26,450 nucleotides of DNA from a virus (taxonomy: Duplodnaviria; Caudoviricetes): the IMG/VR virus record IMGVR_UViG_3300032233_001145, positions 1-26,450 of that record; one strand, given 5' to 3'. The stretch's first letter is position 1. Every line of letters starts with the position of its first letter. A program made the translations under genes and the position numbers. Positions 9,147 to 18,893 of the stretch are shown one piece after another. The notes under the pieces were generated by a model. It was not told the DNA's origin. It did no database searches and saw only the letters and a list, made by a program, of their open reading frames with translations.

Positions 9147-10451
9147 ATGCCAATACAAGTATTACAAAAACCATCAGACGTTCAATCAGCACAATCACCA
9201 ATTGTGTTTTCCGTAATTACATCTGGTAGCGAAGCAAACGCATACACAGCTAGTGGATTTCAATATACCGCTAATTTATATATTTGGTCAGGTACTACAG
9301 CTCAATCAGGTTCGTATTTGTACCAGTCACGCAAATATCCAAACACATCAGGATCAGGTATATTTGATTTTAGTAAAATGATTAATTCAACATTAACTGA
9401 TTTATCTGCTGAAAACGGGAGTAATTTAAAATTTTATAAAGTTGATTTTGGATTTCAATATGAATCAGGTAGCAGTTATGTTACGCAATCAGGTGCATTA
9501 ACATCTGTTAGTTGTTCTGTTGGTGGTACATTATTTAAAGCATACGATGGTTATTCTTTATTTCCAGAACAAATTAATACAAGTCTATATAGTGGATCAA
9601 ATGGAGCTTTTCCAATTATGTCTGATATGTGGACTGTAACTCAATCTGTATTAGAAAACGATGTAACAAAAATAGGTGCAGCATCAACTGGAACTTCTCA
9701 AAGAGGTATATCATATTTTAGAGGACAAAGTGATAATGTAATTCCAAATCTAATTGCAATTACAGCTAGCTATACTACTGGTACTAAAATTAGTGCTAGT
9801 TTAGCAATAGCACAAGGTACTACCACTGCTGGACAAATCCAATTTAATGGTTCAGCTCCAGGTGATGGTGGTTGGCCTTTTTATGGTGGTACTGCTACTA
9901 TACCTCTTACTAACTTAGATACTTATGTGTTTAATACTTATAGTGGAAGCCTTAAATTAGGACCTAGTGTTAATTACGAAGTTGTTTGTAAACATTATTA
10001 CGAACCAGTAAGAATTGCTTATAAAAATAGGTATGGTCAGTTTGATTTTATAAATTTCTATAAGCGTCATGATAATCAGTTTAATACTGAACAACGTATA
10101 TACCAACCACAATTAGGTAGTTGGCAATCATCTACTTTATCTTATAATGGATTTCAAACACGTCAACAACGTTATATTGTTGATGCTACTGAAGTAATAA
10201 CATGTAATACAGATTTTTTACAAGAAGGATATAATGAATTAATAAAACAACTACTTGTATCTGATGAAATATATTGGTTATATGAAAACATTGATGTTAA
10301 TGGTGATCCAGGAGGTTTTGATTCTTTTACCAATATTAAACCATTAACAATACAAACAAATAGCCTTCAGTTTAAAACAGGCGTTAATAATAAATTAATT
10401 CAATACACAATAACATTTGACATTGGTCAGCCATATAAACTAATTCTGTAA
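9147..10451 (+). CDS. Minor tail protein (distal tail / baseplate component)
   Basis: 434 aa; YKNRYGQFDF, CNTDFLQEGYNELIKQLLVSDEIY, KLIQYT; translationally coupled (TAATG) to the tail tip gene. Confidence 0.6.
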   Translation: MPIQVLQKPSDVQSAQSPIVFSVITSGSEANAYTASGFQYTANLYIWSGTTAQSGSYLYQSRKYPNTSGSGIFDFSKMINSTLTDLSAENGSNLKFYKVDFGFQYESGSSYVTQSGALTSVSCSVGGTLFKAYDGYSLFPEQINTSLYSGSNGAFPIMSDMWTVTQSVLENDVTKIGAASTGTSQRGISYFRGQSDNVIPNLIAITASYTTGTKISASLAIAQGTTTAGQIQFNGSAPGDGGWPFYGGTATIPLTNLDTYVFNTYSGSLKLGPSVNYEVVCKHYYEPVRIAYKNRYGQFDFINFYKRHDNQFNTEQRIYQPQLGSWQSSTLSYNGFQTRQQRYIVDATEVITCNTDFLQEGYNELIKQLLVSDEIYWLYENIDVNGDPGGFDSFTNIKPLTIQTNSLQFKTGVNNKLIQYTITFDIGQPYKLIL

Positions 10452-13400
10452 TGGGAGTTTTAACTACACAAGGATATAGAGGTAAACTGGTTGATAAGTT
10501 AACTGGAACTATTTTAGATCAATTTAGTGATGAAGATATTAAGGTATCTAACAATATACTTGATTTATTTGATTTAGGTGAAATTCCAGGCACATATACA
10601 CAACAAATTACTTTACCAGGTACTAAAAAGAATAATGCTTTTTTTGAACAATATTATGATATTAGTATTTATGAACCAGATATATTCAATACTAATCAAG
10701 TAGTCGAAGCATATCTTGATTTTGATGAATTTTATTTAGTAAACGGCTATTTACAATTAAATAAAGTAAATGTAATTCAAAATAAATTCGTTGACTCATA
10801 CGAGGTAACTCTATTCGGTATTATTTCTAATTTCAGTATTGACACAAAATCGTCTTTTCTAACAGATTTGAGCACTTTAAGCGCTTATAACCATACAGCT
10901 TCATACGATAATATTAGTGCTAGTTGGCAACGAAATTTATTTAGTGGAGATATAGTTTATCCAATGGCTGAATATGGACAAAATATCTACTATTCACAAA
11001 TTGATTTTGATGGTATAGATGATAATACAAATGCATTAGTAGTTCAAGACTATAAACCAGCAATTCGTATCAAAAAAGTATGGGATGCTATATTTAATGA
11101 ATTTGGTTACACATACACTGGATCGTTTTGGAATGAACCATTCTTAAATGATGTTTATTTAAACTGTAATAATAATTTACAGGCACCTGTATTTTTCCCA
11201 GATATTGAAGGATACGGAACAGGTAGAGTAACAAACGTATCAGGTTCAGCTCCAATTAATTTAACAGCAGCTGTATCATCAAGTTTTTTATTTTCTGCAG
11301 TATCTTCTAATAGAGATGGTAAATTTGCTATTGATTCAACTTATACAAAGTATACAGTAGATCAAAGAACTACTTTAGATATGACTTTGGATTTAGCATT
11401 TCAAGTAAGTGCATCTGGAGCAGCAGGTAGTGGTATGCCAGCTTGGTACATTACATGGGTAAATGATTCTACTGGATTAGTTCAAGATACTCAAGTATTA
11501 GCTGGACCAATCAACAATTATATTACCACAATACGAGATTCTAGAACAATTACTATTACTGAAACATTTAATTTAAAAAATGTTCCTATTGTATCAGCAA
11601 CATTACCCGCTGGTACTTATAGAATTTATATTGTATATCAAGTTTATGGTACAAATAATTTTACAGTTAAATTAAATCCAGATGCTAGTAATTTATGTGC
11701 TTTATCTATAAATAGAGTACGACAGGCAGGCGATCAGCAAGTAATGGATATTCCTAGTAATATGCCTAATGGTACATCTGGAATTAAAGTAATGGATTTT
11801 ATACGCAGTGTACAAAAGAAATTTAATCTAATAATTTATCCTAGTAAACAAAATCCAAATCAATTTATAATTGAAACGTTTAATAATTGGTATAAACAAG
11901 GTACAATTAAAGACTTTAACAAATACATAAATGTTAAAGATAAAATTACATTTACCCCAGCTAATCAATTAGGATATAAACAAGTTAAATTTAGTGATGC
12001 AACAGATACTGATTATATAACAACACTATTTAAACGTACTAATAATAGAACGTATGGTGAATCTAATTATTATGATTCAGGCTCATATTATTCACAAGGT
12101 ACACTTAATGTAATTAGTGATGTATTAGCATCAGGACCATTAGGTCAAGTACCAGGTTCAGTTTACACAGGCTCTATTAATACAGTTACTGGTTGTTCAA
12201 CATATCAAATTAATTATGGTGGTGAAGGTCCACTTGGTTCTTCAAAAGCTTACTATACAACTTGTGCAGGTTCTCCTGCTACACAAAGTATGGGTGGTGG
12301 TACTGTAAATGCTTGGATTTGTGCTAGAACAGGAACAGTAACATTAGCTGGTAGTCAAATAAGTTGGGAATTACAAGGTAACTGTTCAACACCTCCAACA
12401 GGTAGTGCTACAGGCAGTGGTAATCCAATGTGGGTACCTTATTATATATCTAATGACAAATATGATCCAGCAAGAGTATTACCGCGTTTAATGTTTTATA
12501 ACGGATTAGTTAATGTTTCTCCTTATTGGATTCAAGGTTATTATGATAGTACACAAGCTGTTATACAATCAAACAAACAAACACAATATCCTTATTTTGA
12601 TGTTTATTCTACTGGTAGTTTAAATGGCACTGCTTCAATATATCCACAATTAAATTCTAAATCATTACTTTACAACAATGAGCAATCAGTATGGGGTACA
12701 ACTCCTACTGGTTCATTAGTAAGTGAATATTGGGATACTTATTTAGCATTACTATATAATCCAAGAACACGGTTAGTTGATGCTAGTGCCGTAATTGGTT
12801 TAGCTGATTATTTTGATTTAGAATTAAACGATATAGCTGAATTTAGAGGTAACTATTATCACTTAAGAGCAATTAACGATTATAACTTAACTACAGGCGA
12901 GTGTAATATTCAAATGTTAGGACCTATTATATCAAATACTATTTCAAGTATATTAAGTGGATCATGGGCGCCTACAACTGATGCTTGTGCATTTACTTAC
13001 TCAGCATCTTATTTACCTTATGCTACAACTTATTCATTAGGATATAGTACAAATAGTTCATCTGCTTGTTTAGAAACACCAGAAACTTATTATTTACTAT
13101 CGGGTAGTGTAATTGCTAGTGGAAGTAAAATATGGGATGACATATATTTTGAAACTGCTAGTACAAACGGATTTTACGCTACTGGTGGATTTAGTTATCA
13201 AGTAGTAAATGGACAATTTAATGGTGTAAGTGGAAGTTGTTATAATTTTATATCAGCATCTGGAGGTACAATCGTTGAATCAGGTGATTACAGATATCAC
13301 TATTTTAATAGTAATGGTACGTTTACTGTTTCTTCTACAGGTAGTGCTCCTGTTAACTCAATTGACTACTTAATTGTAGGTGGTGGAGGAGGAGGTGGTG

Positions 13401-14140
13401 GTATGCGCTACGCAACTATGGGAGGTGCTGGTGGTGGTGCTGGTGAATATGTTACTGGATCATTCTCAGCTACTTTAGGATCACTTAATGCTGTTCGTGG
13501 TAATGGTGGTGCGGCTGGAAATGCTGCATTTCCATATACTTTTGGATTTTCAGGTAGCAATGGACAAACTTCAAGTTTCAATAGTGTTACTGCAATTGGT
13601 GGTGGGGGTGGAGCTGGTTCTCCAGATACAGCAGGATATGTTGGATCAAATGGTGGATCTGGTGGAGGAGGAACAGGATATTTAAATCCTCAAGGTGATC
13701 CAGGTGCAGCAGGAGGTACTGGAGTTGGTTCTTATAGAGGAAATAATGGTGGAGCAGGTGGTGTAAATGGAGGTGGAACTCCTAATAATGGAAATGGTGG
13801 TGGAGGTGGTGGAGGTGCTGCTGGTAATGGTGGTGGCGCTGGTGGCGGTGGATCCTCAGGTGGTGGACCAGGTTCACAATGGTTAGATGGAAACTACTAC
13901 GCAGGTGGTGGTGGAGGAGGAAGATATCTACCAGATAGTAATGTAGGTCAAGGTGGTATTGGTGGTGGTGGTACTGGTGGAAGTAATCCATATATTATAC
14001 CTGGAAGTCGATTAACTCCTGGGACTGCTAATACCGGTGGTGGTGGTGGAGGATCAGGTGTTGAAGATTCTTCTTCTTCTAATCGTAATGGTGCAGCAGG
14101 TGGTAGTGGTATTGTTGTAGTAAGATATAAATATAAATAA
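10451..14140 (+). CDS. Large tail tip / baseplate hub protein with C-terminal glycine-rich domain
   Basis: 1229 aa; N-terminal YTQQITLPGTKKNNAFF...GYLQL, DFIRSVQKKFNL; C-terminal ~295 aa Gly-rich domain ending GGSGIVVVRYKYK. Confidence 0.75.
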   Translation: MGVLTTQGYRGKLVDKLTGTILDQFSDEDIKVSNNILDLFDLGEIPGTYTQQITLPGTKKNNAFFEQYYDISIYEPDIFNTNQVVEAYLDFDEFYLVNGYLQLNKVNVIQNKFVDSYEVTLFGIISNFSIDTKSSFLTDLSTLSAYNHTASYDNISASWQRNLFSGDIVYPMAEYGQNIYYSQIDFDGIDDNTNALVVQDYKPAIRIKKVWDAIFNEFGYTYTGSFWNEPFLNDVYLNCNNNLQAPVFFPDIEGYGTGRVTNVSGSAPINLTAAVSSSFLFSAVSSNRDGKFAIDSTYTKYTVDQRTTLDMTLDLAFQVSASGAAGSGMPAWYITWVNDSTGLVQDTQVLAGPINNYITTIRDSRTITITETFNLKNVPIVSATLPAGTYRIYIVYQVYGTNNFTVKLNPDASNLCALSINRVRQAGDQQVMDIPSNMPNGTSGIKVMDFIRSVQKKFNLIIYPSKQNPNQFIIETFNNWYKQGTIKDFNKYINVKDKITFTPANQLGYKQVKFSDATDTDYITTLFKRTNNRTYGESNYYDSGSYYSQGTLNVISDVLASGPLGQVPGSVYTGSINTVTGCSTYQINYGGEGPLGSSKAYYTTCAGSPATQSMGGGTVNAWICARTGTVTLAGSQISWELQGNCSTPPTGSATGSGNPMWVPYYISNDKYDPARVLPRLMFYNGLVNVSPYWIQGYYDSTQAVIQSNKQTQYPYFDVYSTGSLNGTASIYPQLNSKSLLYNNEQSVWGTTPTGSLVSEYWDTYLALLYNPRTRLVDASAVIGLADYFDLELNDIAEFRGNYYHLRAINDYNLTTGECNIQMLGPIISNTISSILSGSWAPTTDACAFTYSASYLPYATTYSLGYSTNSSSACLETPETYYLLSGSVIASGSKIWDDIYFETASTNGFYATGGFSYQVVNGQFNGVSGSCYNFISASGGTIVESGDYRYHYFNSNGTFTVSSTGSAPVNSIDYLIVGGGGGGGGMRYATMGGAGGGAGEYVTGSFSATLGSLNAVRGNGGAAGNAAFPYTFGFSGSNGQTSSFNSVTAIGGGGGAGSPDTAGYVGSNGGSGGGGTGYLNPQGDPGAAGGTGVGSYRGNNGGAGGVNGGGTPNNGNGGGGGGGAAGNGGGAGGGGSSGGGPGSQWLDGNYYAGGGGGGRYLPDSNVGQGGIGGGGTGGSNPYIIPGSRLTPGTANTGGGGGGSGVEDSSSSNRNGAAGGSGIVVVRYKYK

Positions 14141-14146
14141 GAAAAA

Positions 14147-14737
14147 ATGCCAGATATACAATATAAATTAACATTACAATCAGAAAGCTTAAATAGTGGA
14201 CCTTACTATGTAGTAACTTATTCTACAGGATCAGCAACATATTTTCCTGTAGTTAGTGGTTCACCCGCTTATTTACCTAATACAGGTAGTAATGCTACAG
14301 TAGTGATTACTTCAGGATCATACGCTAATCTATCATTTAAATTAAATAATGGTGTAGGTGGTGATTGTGAATTATGTAATAATGATGTTGTATATATTGT
14401 AACAGGATCTGCACCTGCTCCTCCTCCGACACCAGCACCTACAACTCCTGCACCTACAACACCATCTCCAACTCCAGCACCTGGCCCAACGCCTGCTCCA
14501 ACAACACCTGCTCCAACAACCCCAGCACCAACTCCTTCAGAGTGTTCATCTACATCATGGAGAATTAATAATAGTTCAAATCCATATGATGTTTATTGGA
14601 GCGGAACTAATTGTGATGGAGGTCCTTTAGGTGGAACTGTTGGTGCTTTTTCTACTTTAAATGGAACAGGATGTGTTAAAGACGGTACATTAACTTATAC
14701 AGGATTTCCAATAGTAACTGTTTCAGCAATTTGTTAA
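14147..14737 (+). CDS. Two-domain virion protein with Pro/Thr-rich linker
   Basis: 196 aa; beta-rich N-domain, (TPAP/TTPAP)n linker and Cys-containing C-domain. Confidence 0.6.
   Translation: MPDIQYKLTLQSESLNSGPYYVVTYSTGSATYFPVVSGSPAYLPNTGSNATVVITSGSYANLSFKLNNGVGGDCELCNNDVVYIVTGSAPAPPPTPAPTTPAPTTPSPTPAPGPTPAPTTPAPTTPAPTPSECSSTSWRINNSSNPYDVYWSGTNCDGGPLGGTVGAFSTLNGTGCVKDGTLTYTGFPIVTVSAIC
14411..14539 (+). repeat. Coding tandem repeat, PT(T)PA linker
   Basis: Encodes APAPPPTPAPTTPAPTTPSPTPAPGPTPAPTTPAPTTPAPTPS with synonymous divergence between units. Confidence 0.8.
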
Positions 14738-14748
14738 AATAAACACAC

Positions 14749-14898
14749 ATGATACAAAATATAGACATAGAAAGTATTGTTACAATGATGAAAATGTTGC
14801 CTAAGCAATATAACACACCAGCAATTAAAGTAGCAAAAGGTAAAAATAAATTACCAACAACATTAAGAGAAATAATTAAAAAGTTTAAAAATGGCTGA
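14749..14898 (+). CDS. Small 49-aa protein preceding the tape measure gene
   Basis: MIQNIDIESIVTMMKMLPKQYNTPAIKVAKGKNKLPTTLREIIKKFKNG*; overlaps the tape measure start. Confidence 0.55.
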   Translation: MIQNIDIESIVTMMKMLPKQYNTPAIKVAKGKNKLPTTLREIIKKFKNG

Positions 14899-16726
14899 TG
14901 AAACCGTAGACATAGACGTCAATATTAATACTAATACAGGTGAAGCTGAGGGTAGCTTTAAAAGATTACAATCTCAAATTAGAGAAACTACAACTTTACT
15001 GCAAGAAGCAGAAGCTGCTGGTGATCAAGCATCCTTTAAAAAATATAAAAATCAATTAGATGATTTACAGGATCAATTAGAAATAACTAATTTAAAACAA
15101 CAGCAATTTGATGATACTCTTGCTGCTGCTCCAGGTCCATTAGGTAAAGCAGGTCAAGCTGTTAAAGCGTTTGACGGTGCTATGAAATTCTTAGCTGCAA
15201 ATCCAATTATTGCTATTTTAGCTGGTTTAGCTGCAATATTATTTGCTGTTAAAGAAGCAATGGAAAAAACTACAGAAGGTCAAAAAGCATTATCTCAAAT
15301 AACTGAAGCATTTGGTAATATAATTACACCAATTATTGAATTTATATCAGCCGTAGCAGTACCCGTTGTACAATTATTTGCTGATGTTGTTAATGGACTT
15401 GCTGTTGCTTTAGGTTTAGTAAATGAAGAACAGGTTGCAGCACAAGAATCATATAAACAATATGCTATTGATGTTAAGAAAGCCAATGCAGAACTACAAG
15501 GACAAATTGATATATTAGAAGCTAAAGGTGAAAAAGAAGCAGATATTGCAGGTAGATCAAAACAAATAATTGATAATGAAATATCATTACTTGAGAAAAA
15601 AAGAGCAGCATTTGGTGTATTATCTGCAGAAGAAGAAGCACAAATTGTATCATTACAGAATAAAAAAGCAGTAATTGATGCTAAAGAACAAACTAGATTA
15701 GCTAAAGTAGCAGAAGAAGCTATTAAAGCTAAAAATGAATTAAATAAAAAACTAGATCAGATTGACATTGATGCTATTAAAAATAAAGAAGTAGCAGATA
15801 TTTCTGCCAGACAATCAAAATACTTTAATGATTTACGTGATTTAGAAAAAGACTTAGAATTTATTAAATTATCTGAAGAGAGAAAAGCTTATTATAGAGA
15901 ACAATTACAATTAGCAGCTCAACAAGATATAGATGAGATTAATAAAAATGCTAGAATAAAAGCATTTCAAGATGATTTAGATATTTTACAGGCTCAACGA
16001 TTAACATTATTAGCAGGTACTGATGCTTATTTAGCTAACGGATTAGCAATTGAAGAGAATGCTTATCAACAAAAAATTGAGAATGCTGAAGGTAATGCAA
16101 AGAAATTACAAGCAATTGAAATAGAGCATGAAGCAAATTTAGCAAATATTAGATTACAAGCAGCAATTGCTGAAAAACAACTTCAATTAGATAGATTAGC
16201 TGTAATTGGTGGTATTGGTAATTCATTAGCTCAATTAGCTGGTAAAAATAAAGCATTAGCCATTGCTGCAATTACAATTGAAAAAGCAGCTGCTGTAGGT
16301 AGCATTGTTGTTAATACTCAGATTGCTAACTTAAAAGCAGTAGCAGCGAGTCCATTAACATTTGGACAACCTTGGGTTACTATCAATACGATTGCAGGAG
16401 TTTTAGCAGCCGCAGCAGCAATAGCTTCAGGAGTTAAAGCAATACAAGAAATTAATTCAGTTCAAGTACCAGGTTCAACTGCAGGTAGTGGAGGTAGTGG
16501 TGGTAGTACTGCAACTCCAGCTTTTGCAGCAGGAGGTAATATTGGAGCTCCTCAAATTGGACCTACATCAGCACAACAAGGTACAATAGCAGGTATAACA
16601 GCAGGTACAATGGCTGCAAACAATTCAACTGATAGACCAATTAAAGCATATGTTGTTGGTAACGATGTTACTACAGAACAACAATTACAAAGAAGATTAC
16701 GCACAATGGCTCGATTAGGAGGCTAA
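14891..16726 (+). CDS. Tail tape measure protein
   Basis: 611 aa, Ala/Glu/Lys-rich and helical, with hydrophobic segments (ANPIIAILAGLAAILFAV; TIAGVLAAAAAIASG) and a C-terminal PIKAYVVGNDVT motif. Confidence 0.8.
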   Translation: MADETVDIDVNINTNTGEAEGSFKRLQSQIRETTTLLQEAEAAGDQASFKKYKNQLDDLQDQLEITNLKQQQFDDTLAAAPGPLGKAGQAVKAFDGAMKFLAANPIIAILAGLAAILFAVKEAMEKTTEGQKALSQITEAFGNIITPIIEFISAVAVPVVQLFADVVNGLAVALGLVNEEQVAAQESYKQYAIDVKKANAELQGQIDILEAKGEKEADIAGRSKQIIDNEISLLEKKRAAFGVLSAEEEAQIVSLQNKKAVIDAKEQTRLAKVAEEAIKAKNELNKKLDQIDIDAIKNKEVADISARQSKYFNDLRDLEKDLEFIKLSEERKAYYREQLQLAAQQDIDEINKNARIKAFQDDLDILQAQRLTLLAGTDAYLANGLAIEENAYQQKIENAEGNAKKLQAIEIEHEANLANIRLQAAIAEKQLQLDRLAVIGGIGNSLAQLAGKNKALAIAAITIEKAAAVGSIVVNTQIANLKAVAASPLTFGQPWVTINTIAGVLAAAAAIASGVKAIQEINSVQVPGSTAGSGGSGGSTATPAFAAGGNIGAPQIGPTSAQQGTIAGITAGTMAANNSTDRPIKAYVVGNDVTTEQQLQRRLRTMARLGG

Positions 16727-16732
16727 TTTTGT

Positions 16733-16746
16733 GTTATAACAATATA
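16733..16746 (+). promoter_or_regulatory. Putative late promoter box GTTATA(ACAATATA)
   Basis: Same 14-mer as 3249-3262, upstream of the protease gene. Confidence 0.55.
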
Positions 16747-16756
16747 ATAAAATACC

Positions 16757-18280
16757 ATGGCAGACATTAAGAAAAAAGTATATAGTATGTTCATTGACGA
16801 AGAGGATATGGACGCGGGTGTATTTGCAATATCATTAGTTGAAAGTCCAGCTATTGAAGCAAATTGGATCACTTTATCTAAACAACTTAAAATTGAATTA
16901 GCTACTGCTGATACTGAAAAACGCATTTTATTAGGCCCAGTATTAATTCCAAATAAATTGATTCCTCGTTTAGACGAACAAACAGGTGAAGAATACGACA
17001 TTAAATTTGATGAAGCTGTAATTGAAAAAGCAGCACAATTATATATGATGCGTCAACATAACAACGACGCTACATTAGAACACGCAGAATCAATTGATGA
17101 TTTAAGTGTTGTTGAATCTTGGTTAGTTGTAGATTCAAATAATGATAAATCAAACGCATATGGCTTATCATATCCTAAAGGAACATGGATGGTAATGATG
17201 AAAGTTAACAATCCAACTATTTGGGAAGATTATGTAAAAAACGGTATAGTTAAGGGATTTAGCCTAGAAGGACTGTTTGGACATAATTTAGTGGAAGCAT
17301 CAAAGCAAGCGCATTTAGTGTCTTTATCTGAGTTGACTGATATTTTTGATAGCGAGTATGCTGAAGAAATGTTAGCATCAATCAAAGGTATCATTAAAAA
17401 AGATGGTAGACTAAAAGATGGCCAACGTGTTGAATTAGAAACATACAATGACTATCCAGATACAGTTAAAAACGCCGCTAAACGTGGCATTGCATTAAAT
17501 GAAAAAGTTAATAATAGATGTGCCACTGACGTCGGGAAGATTAGGGCCCAACAATTGGCTAACGGTAGAAATGTATCTATACAAACCATCAAGCGCATGT
17601 ACGCCTACACTTCACGAGCTAGAGAGTTTTACAACCCAGATGATACAACAGCATGTGGCACTATCTCTTACTTATTGTGGGGAGGAGATGCAGCTAATAG
17701 ATGGAGCGCAGCTAAATTAAAAGAATTAGGATTATTTAATGGTGAAACCGCTGTTTCAGTTGGTTCATCATACGCTGGTCAATTTGGTCCAGGCAAAAAA
17801 TATAAAGCACCTGCTCAATTAGCTAAGGAAGCTGAAATAGACATATTTGGATATAAAACTAAACAATTTTATATTTGCCCAGGAGCATTAGGTACATTTG
17901 AAGATTTAAAATCAGCAACTAATTTAGATGAAGATACAATTGGTATGATACGTTCAGCAGCACAAATAGCTGATAATGTATTTAAAATTGAAAAAGATGC
18001 TATTGAAAATGGTAGTACAACACAAAGAGAATTAGATGAAGCCGTTGTATTAGTAAATGATTTTAAAGACTTAATGTCTGAAATTGATGAAATTGTAGGT
18101 ACTAAACATGATGTATCTTATATGGATGGTCATATTGTAACAATTAAATCATATTTGTCAGTTGAATTAGCTGAATTTGAACAAGGTCCATGCCAAGCAG
18201 GATACGTTCAGATTGGTATGAAAGATAAGAATGGCAGAATGGTACCTAATTGTGTTCCAGAAGATAAAGTAGGTAAATAA
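16757..18280 (+). CDS. Prohead protease, XkdF-like (Peptidase_S78_2) with extra C-terminal domains
   Basis: AISLVESPAIE, EKRILLGPVLIPN, TLEH, VVESW, GTWMVMMKV...VKGFSLEG. Confidence 0.75.
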   Translation: MADIKKKVYSMFIDEEDMDAGVFAISLVESPAIEANWITLSKQLKIELATADTEKRILLGPVLIPNKLIPRLDEQTGEEYDIKFDEAVIEKAAQLYMMRQHNNDATLEHAESIDDLSVVESWLVVDSNNDKSNAYGLSYPKGTWMVMMKVNNPTIWEDYVKNGIVKGFSLEGLFGHNLVEASKQAHLVSLSELTDIFDSEYAEEMLASIKGIIKKDGRLKDGQRVELETYNDYPDTVKNAAKRGIALNEKVNNRCATDVGKIRAQQLANGRNVSIQTIKRMYAYTSRAREFYNPDDTTACGTISYLLWGGDAANRWSAAKLKELGLFNGETAVSVGSSYAGQFGPGKKYKAPAQLAKEAEIDIFGYKTKQFYICPGALGTFEDLKSATNLDEDTIGMIRSAAQIADNVFKIEKDAIENGSTTQRELDEAVVLVNDFKDLMSEIDEIVGTKHDVSYMDGHIVTIKSYLSVELAEFEQGPCQAGYVQIGMKDKNGRMVPNCVPEDKVGK

Positions 18281-18624
18281 TGTTTAACGCAATAAGATCA
18301 TATCAGGATAAGCTTAACAAATACGCTGAATTAGGTCGCAAACCTAAAGACACATTAGTTATAGCTGATAGTAGAGAGTTAGCAGAAGAGATAAAGCAAA
18401 ACATGATTGATGAATCTGAATTAGCTGGTCATAATAATACTGGTACAATGGAAAATAGTTTCAGTGTAAGACCAAACGGCGGTGGTGATTATGCTATTAA
18501 AGGAGTTGATTATACTAAGTACGTAAATGGTAGAGATAGAGAAGCAGATGGTAGTGGATTTGTAGATGATGCTGTAAATCAAGCATTACTCGATTTAGGC
18601 GGTGACGCTGAAGTAATAATTTAA
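18280..18624 (+). CDS. Hypothetical protein (weakly gp10/neck-like)
   Basis: 114 aa, TAATG-coupled to the protease gene; NTGTMENSFSV...DYTKYVN. Confidence 0.5.
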   Translation: MFNAIRSYQDKLNKYAELGRKPKDTLVIADSRELAEEIKQNMIDESELAGHNNTGTMENSFSVRPNGGGDYAIKGVDYTKYVNGRDREADGSGFVDDAVNQALLDLGGDAEVII

Positions 18625-18626
18625 TT

Positions 18627-18893
18627 ATGGAAAATATTTATACAGTAATTATAACTGCAATAACCACATTAGGTGGAGCAAGTGCATGGAGATATTTCGA
18701 AAAACGAGCATCACACAAAGAGGACGATGAACGTTTTATTCGCAATGATTGCCAGAGTAGAATTACAAAATTAGAAGCATTATTAGAAAAAAGTTCAGTA
18801 GAGAAGGACGAAATGAGACAACAGATACTAGGATTAGTAGCTGAAGTAGCAGCGTTAAGAACCGAAATTAAGTATTTAAAAGATAGTAAGTAA
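18627..18893 (+). CDS. Putative holin-like membrane protein (one N-terminal TM segment plus coiled coil)
   Basis: IYTVIITAITTLGGASAW is hydrophobic and followed by a coiled coil; last gene before a terminator. Confidence 0.5.
   Translation: MENIYTVIITAITTLGGASAWRYFEKRASHKEDDERFIRNDCQSRITKLEALLEKSSVEKDEMRQQILGLVAEVAALRTEIKYLKDSK

Noticed and set aside
13488-13991. ORFs 13488-13685 (+) and 13782-13991 (-, His-rich)
   Set aside because: They are alternative-frame artefacts of the Gly-rich domain in the tail tip gene.
300-14140. Diversity-generating retroelement (TR/VR pair) between the two Gly-rich regions
   Set aside because: There is no reverse transcriptase, both copies are coding, and their divergence is extensive rather than adenine-specific.
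14411-14539. CRISPR-like or non-coding tandem array
   Set aside because: The repeats are in-frame Pro/Thr codons without spacers. I saw no CRISPR array, tRNA or rRNA in the window.
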